NCBI RefSeq assembly: GCF_009914755.1
Contig: NC_060930.1
Source of the DNA: the human T2T-CHM13v2.0 reference genome, Homo sapiens
DNA length: 64,000 nucleotides
Strand: one strand, 5' to 3'
Numbering within the stretch: position 1 is the first letter of the stretch; every line of letters begins with the position of its first letter. Below, in pieces: positions 60,755 through 64,000 of the stretch. Position numbers and translations under genes: made by a program. Under the pieces are notes generated by a model. It was given only the letters and a program-made list of their open reading frames with translations, was not told the origin of the DNA and ran no database searches.

Positions 60755-61267
60755 GGTCGGGAATAAGCCCCCAAAATCTGGCCATAAACTGGCCCCAAAA
60801 CTGGCCATAAACAAAATCTCTGCAGCACTGTGACATGTTCGTGATGGCCATGACGACCATGCTGGAAGGCTGTGAGTTTACCGGAATGAGGGCAAGGCAC
60901 ACCTGGCCTACCCAGGGCGGAAAACCGCTTAAAGGCGTTCTTAAACCACAAACAATAGCATGATCGATCTGTGCCTTAAGAACATGCTCCTGCTGCAGAT
61001 AACCAGCCAGAGCCCATCCCTTTATTTCGGCCCATCCCTTTCTTTCCCTTAAGGAATACTTTTAGTTAATCTGTAATCTATAGAAACAATGCTTATCACT
61101 GGCTTGCTGTCAATAAATACATGGGTAAATCTCTGTTCGAGGCTCTCAGCTCTGAAGGCTGTGAGACCCCTGATTTCCCACTCCACACCGCTATATTTCT
61201 GTGTGTGTGTCTTTAATTCCTCTAGCACCGCTGGGTTAGGGTCTCCCTGATGGAGCTGGTCTCGGTA
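60755..61267 (+). mobile_element. MER9 solo LTR (HERV-K HML-3/HERVK9)
   Basis: ccccaaaatctggccataaactggccccaaaactggccataaac, cagggcggaaaaccgcttaaagg and ggttagggtctccc; 6-bp TSD tccaag at 60749-60754 and 61268-61273; AATAAA at about 61112. Confidence 0.93.
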
Positions 61268-61549
61268 TCCAAGTAAGGAACTTGGAGAAATTAAATAGAT
61301 ATTTCTAACTGTGTTACCAAATTTGTAGTTTTCATTAAATGAAGTATTTGACTAGTTAGAATTTTTAATGGAATTACAATGTTTAATCAATAATGAACTC
61401 ATTTTAAATCAGATAGACCTGGCATTTATTTAATTTTCTTCAGTTACTTGAGGTTTTGAAGATAGGGACTATATAAGTACAAAAAATATTTCAATGAAAC
61501 AAAAATATTGCTTGTTTTATTTTTCTAATTGTTTTTCTTTTTTTTGACT

Positions 61550-61730
61550 TAAACCACATTTATTTTCTCACCGTTCTGGAGGCTAGAAGTCCAAGATCAA
61601 GGTGCTATGAAATCCGGTTTTAGGAGAGAGCTCTTTTCCTGGATTGTAGATGGCTGTCTTCTGCCTGTGTCCTCCCCGGGCGTTTCCTCTGCTCTTGAGG
61701 AGAGAGGGAGCTCTCTGGTGTCTCTTCCTC
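61550..61730 (-). mobile_element. MLT1A-type LTR fragment
   Basis: atttattttctcaccgttctggaggctagaagtccaagatcaaggtg through ctctctggtgtctcttc. Confidence 0.8.
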
Positions 61731-61977
61731 TTTTTTTTTTAAATTATACTTTAAGTTTTAGAGTACGTGTGCACAATGTGTAGGTTAGTTACATATGTAT
61801 ACATATGCCATGTTGGTGTGCTGCACCCATTAACTCGTCATTTAACATTAGGTATATCTCCTAATGCTATCCCTCCCCCCTCCCCCCATCCCAAAACAGG
61901 CCCCGGTGTGTGATGTTCCCTTTCCTGTGTCCGTGTGTTCTCATTGTTCAATTCCCACCTGTGAGTGAGAACATGCA
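61731..61977 (-). mobile_element. L1PA (about PA3-4) 3' end
   Basis: Poly-T, then attatactttaagtttta, ggttagttacatatg and gtgagtgagaacatgc. Confidence 0.93.
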
Positions 61978-61983
61978 TTTTTC

Positions 61984-63491
61984 AACCTGTGGTAGGCGGC
62001 ACCTCTGCTTTGGTTTTGCTTGTGCTCGCTGGTCTTGTTCCACACACTGGGCCCAGCAAGCTGTGCTTGGCTTGTGCTACTGGCCTGGATCCTATGCCAG
62101 TCAAAGGTGAGCCAGGTGCAGAGTGGTGAGGGGTGTGTGAGCAAGCAAGCATGGGGTGCGGCCAATGCACACGGCCAGGGATGCCAGCTTTGGTGGGGCA
62201 GGCAGCTCCAGGGACGCCAACACAGGCACAAGCTTCATGCGAGGCTGCACTGGAACAGACATACTACAAGCAGCTTCCGCTGCAGGCACCAGCATCTGAA
62301 CAAGGGAAACATAAAGATGCCCAAAAGCTCAAAGACTCCAGGAACTGCAGAGCCCCAAAGACTCTGTTACAGCATGTCACAGCCCTGCCACGGGGAGCCC
62401 CAATGTCTGGGTGCCCAGTAGAGCTGTAGCTCTTCTCTCCTTCTTGTTGCCCACAATGTGGTGAGCAGGGGGCATGTTTCAGCCCTGTTTGTGTTACAGC
62501 TCTTTCAGTCTTGCCATTTGGCAGGTCCCGAGTTTTTGTCATGTGTCCAGGAAGGATGAGGTATGTGGACAACTGGAGGGTAAGCAAGGCAGAGAGGAGC
62601 TTCACTGAGTGTCAGGACAGCTCTCAAGAGACCCATAGCAGGTCATCCTGACAAGTATCCAGCTCTCAGCAGAGAGGAGACCTGTGGTGGGTAGCTCCTT
62701 CCTACAGCTGGTAGTCCCGACTTTTGTCCAAGTTTGGCTGAGTCCACAGTTATGGGCTCAAAGGGAGGAAGCGCATGCTGATTGGTCCATGGGCAGGCCG
62801 GGGCGGGGGAAAAAGCACCATAAGTTCTAGCTCCAGGCCACGGACTCCACCCAGAACTGGTAGCCCAGCCTGTCCCTAGGCTTCAAGACGTCCCTGGATT
62901 AAAGGTGAGGTGAAACCTCACCTTTCTGCTCAGGAACCTGTCTGCCTCCTGCTGCAATCAACATGCCATCCAGGCACCCAGGCTGTTTGTTCCAAGGGGC
63001 GCCTGCATTCCCATGCCAAGCCACCCTCATCCCCCCCTTCAGTCTCCCTCCCATATTTGTTGGCACCCAAAGTCTGGAGGAGGCCGAGGTGGCAGGGGGC
63101 TGCCATGTCGGGGCTTCCCTGAGCACGTGCATACCTAGCCAGGGCCCCACGCTCCTGGGCTCAGCTGCAACTTTGCTTTGAAATCAGAGTGGGCTCTGGG
63201 GGCAGGAAGAGGCCAGGGAGCAGTAGCAAGCACTTTTAAGCCTGCAGCAAGGGCAAGGGGCTTCCTGGGCCTCTGAGAGTGCGGGGATGCTGAGGTCTGG
63301 AGCTGAAGCTGGGTAGCTGTGGCTGTGCCCAGGAGCATGGGGCTCCTGCCCTGCCAACTTGGTAGGGGGCAGGACTCTTGCCTGTTCCCAGCTCCTTATG
63401 ACTCTGCAGAAAATGCAACCCTGTCTGTGCTTCCCCCGCTGCAGCTCGCATATTCTCAGTGGCTCCTCCAGATTGGCCACTGCTGCCATCA
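61984..63491 (-). mobile_element. MER52-family ERV1 LTR (long, GC-rich), 3' end clipped
   Basis: Reverse complement starts tgatggcagcagtggccaatctggagg; accounts for the GC-rich ORF cluster at 62-63.5 kb. Confidence 0.82.
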
Positions 63492-63870
63492 GTATTTGTG
63501 TATCGAAACATATCTAAACATAAAACAAGTAGAGTAAAATATGGTATCATTGATTTTAAGAAACGGTACACCTGTATGGAGCAGTTACCATGAATGAAAT
63601 TTGCAAGGCTGAAGATTGCTCTTGGTGGCTGAGTGAGTGGTGAATGAATGCAAAGGCCTAAGACACTACTGTATACTTTTGTAGACTTTGTAAGCATTAT
63701 CAAGCTACACTTAAATGTATACAAAAATTAAATAATTGCTCTATGATGTTACAATGGCTATGATGTCACTAGGCCAAATAAGTTTTTTGGCTCCATTATA
63801 TCATATGGGACTATTGTCATATATGTAGTCCATCATGAACTGAAACATAATTCTGTGGCACATGATTGTA
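63492..63870 (+). mobile_element. Tigger3 (MER7/Golem) right half
   Basis: gtatttgtgtatc, aacatatctaaacata, gagtgagtggtgaatgaatg, ctccattata and gcacatgattgta. Confidence 0.85.
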
Positions 63871-64000
63871 ATTTTAATATACTATTATTTATATAATATA
63901 AAATTATACATAGTAATAATAATCACACTATTCTTAACAAATATTCTATTTATAGCTAATATTAAGATTTAATTGCAGTGCAAATTACTACATTGATCCA

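Noticed and set aside
55366-61977. Two similar-length L1PA 3' ends in inverted orientation 6 kb apart, suggesting a composite element or inversion
   Set aside because: They differ at several positions and share no flanking TSD; independent truncated insertions explain them
61910-63724. Dense cluster of overlapping ORFs up to 162 aa
   Set aside because: Stop-poor, GC-rich MER52 LTR plus L1/Tigger3 flanks; no recognisable protein

Overview
AT-rich primate, almost certainly human, nuclear DNA. The species call rests on an AluYb8 at 7.6-7.9 kb, a human-specific subfamily. The window is non-coding intergenic or deep-intronic sequence and I can support no protein-coding gene: most listed ORFs are Alu, L1 or LTR read-throughs or short chance frames. 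It holds about 24 Alus (J, S, Y, Yb8), old L1M and younger L1PA 3' fragments, L2/MIR relics, DNA transposon fossils (Zaphod, Charlie, MER20, Tigger3/4), MaLR LTRs (MST, THE1, MLT1A), an ERVL pol fossil, MER31 and MER52 LTRs and a MER9 (HERV-K HML-3) solo LTR with a 6-bp TSD. I see no new multi-gene system. The most notable items are: (1) a 209-bp copy of the MER9 U5 plus flank inserted at the axis of a (CA)n-(TA)n-(TG)n palindrome 1.6 kb upstream; (2) a probable L1-insertion-mediated deletion at 61.7-62.0 kb; (3) a repeat-poor, CpG-retaining island at 23.6-24.2 kb with two candidate minus-strand exons that would encode a 26-aa spliced micro-ORF. Repeat subfamily names come from my recall of consensus sequences, not a database search, and old-repeat boundaries are approximate.
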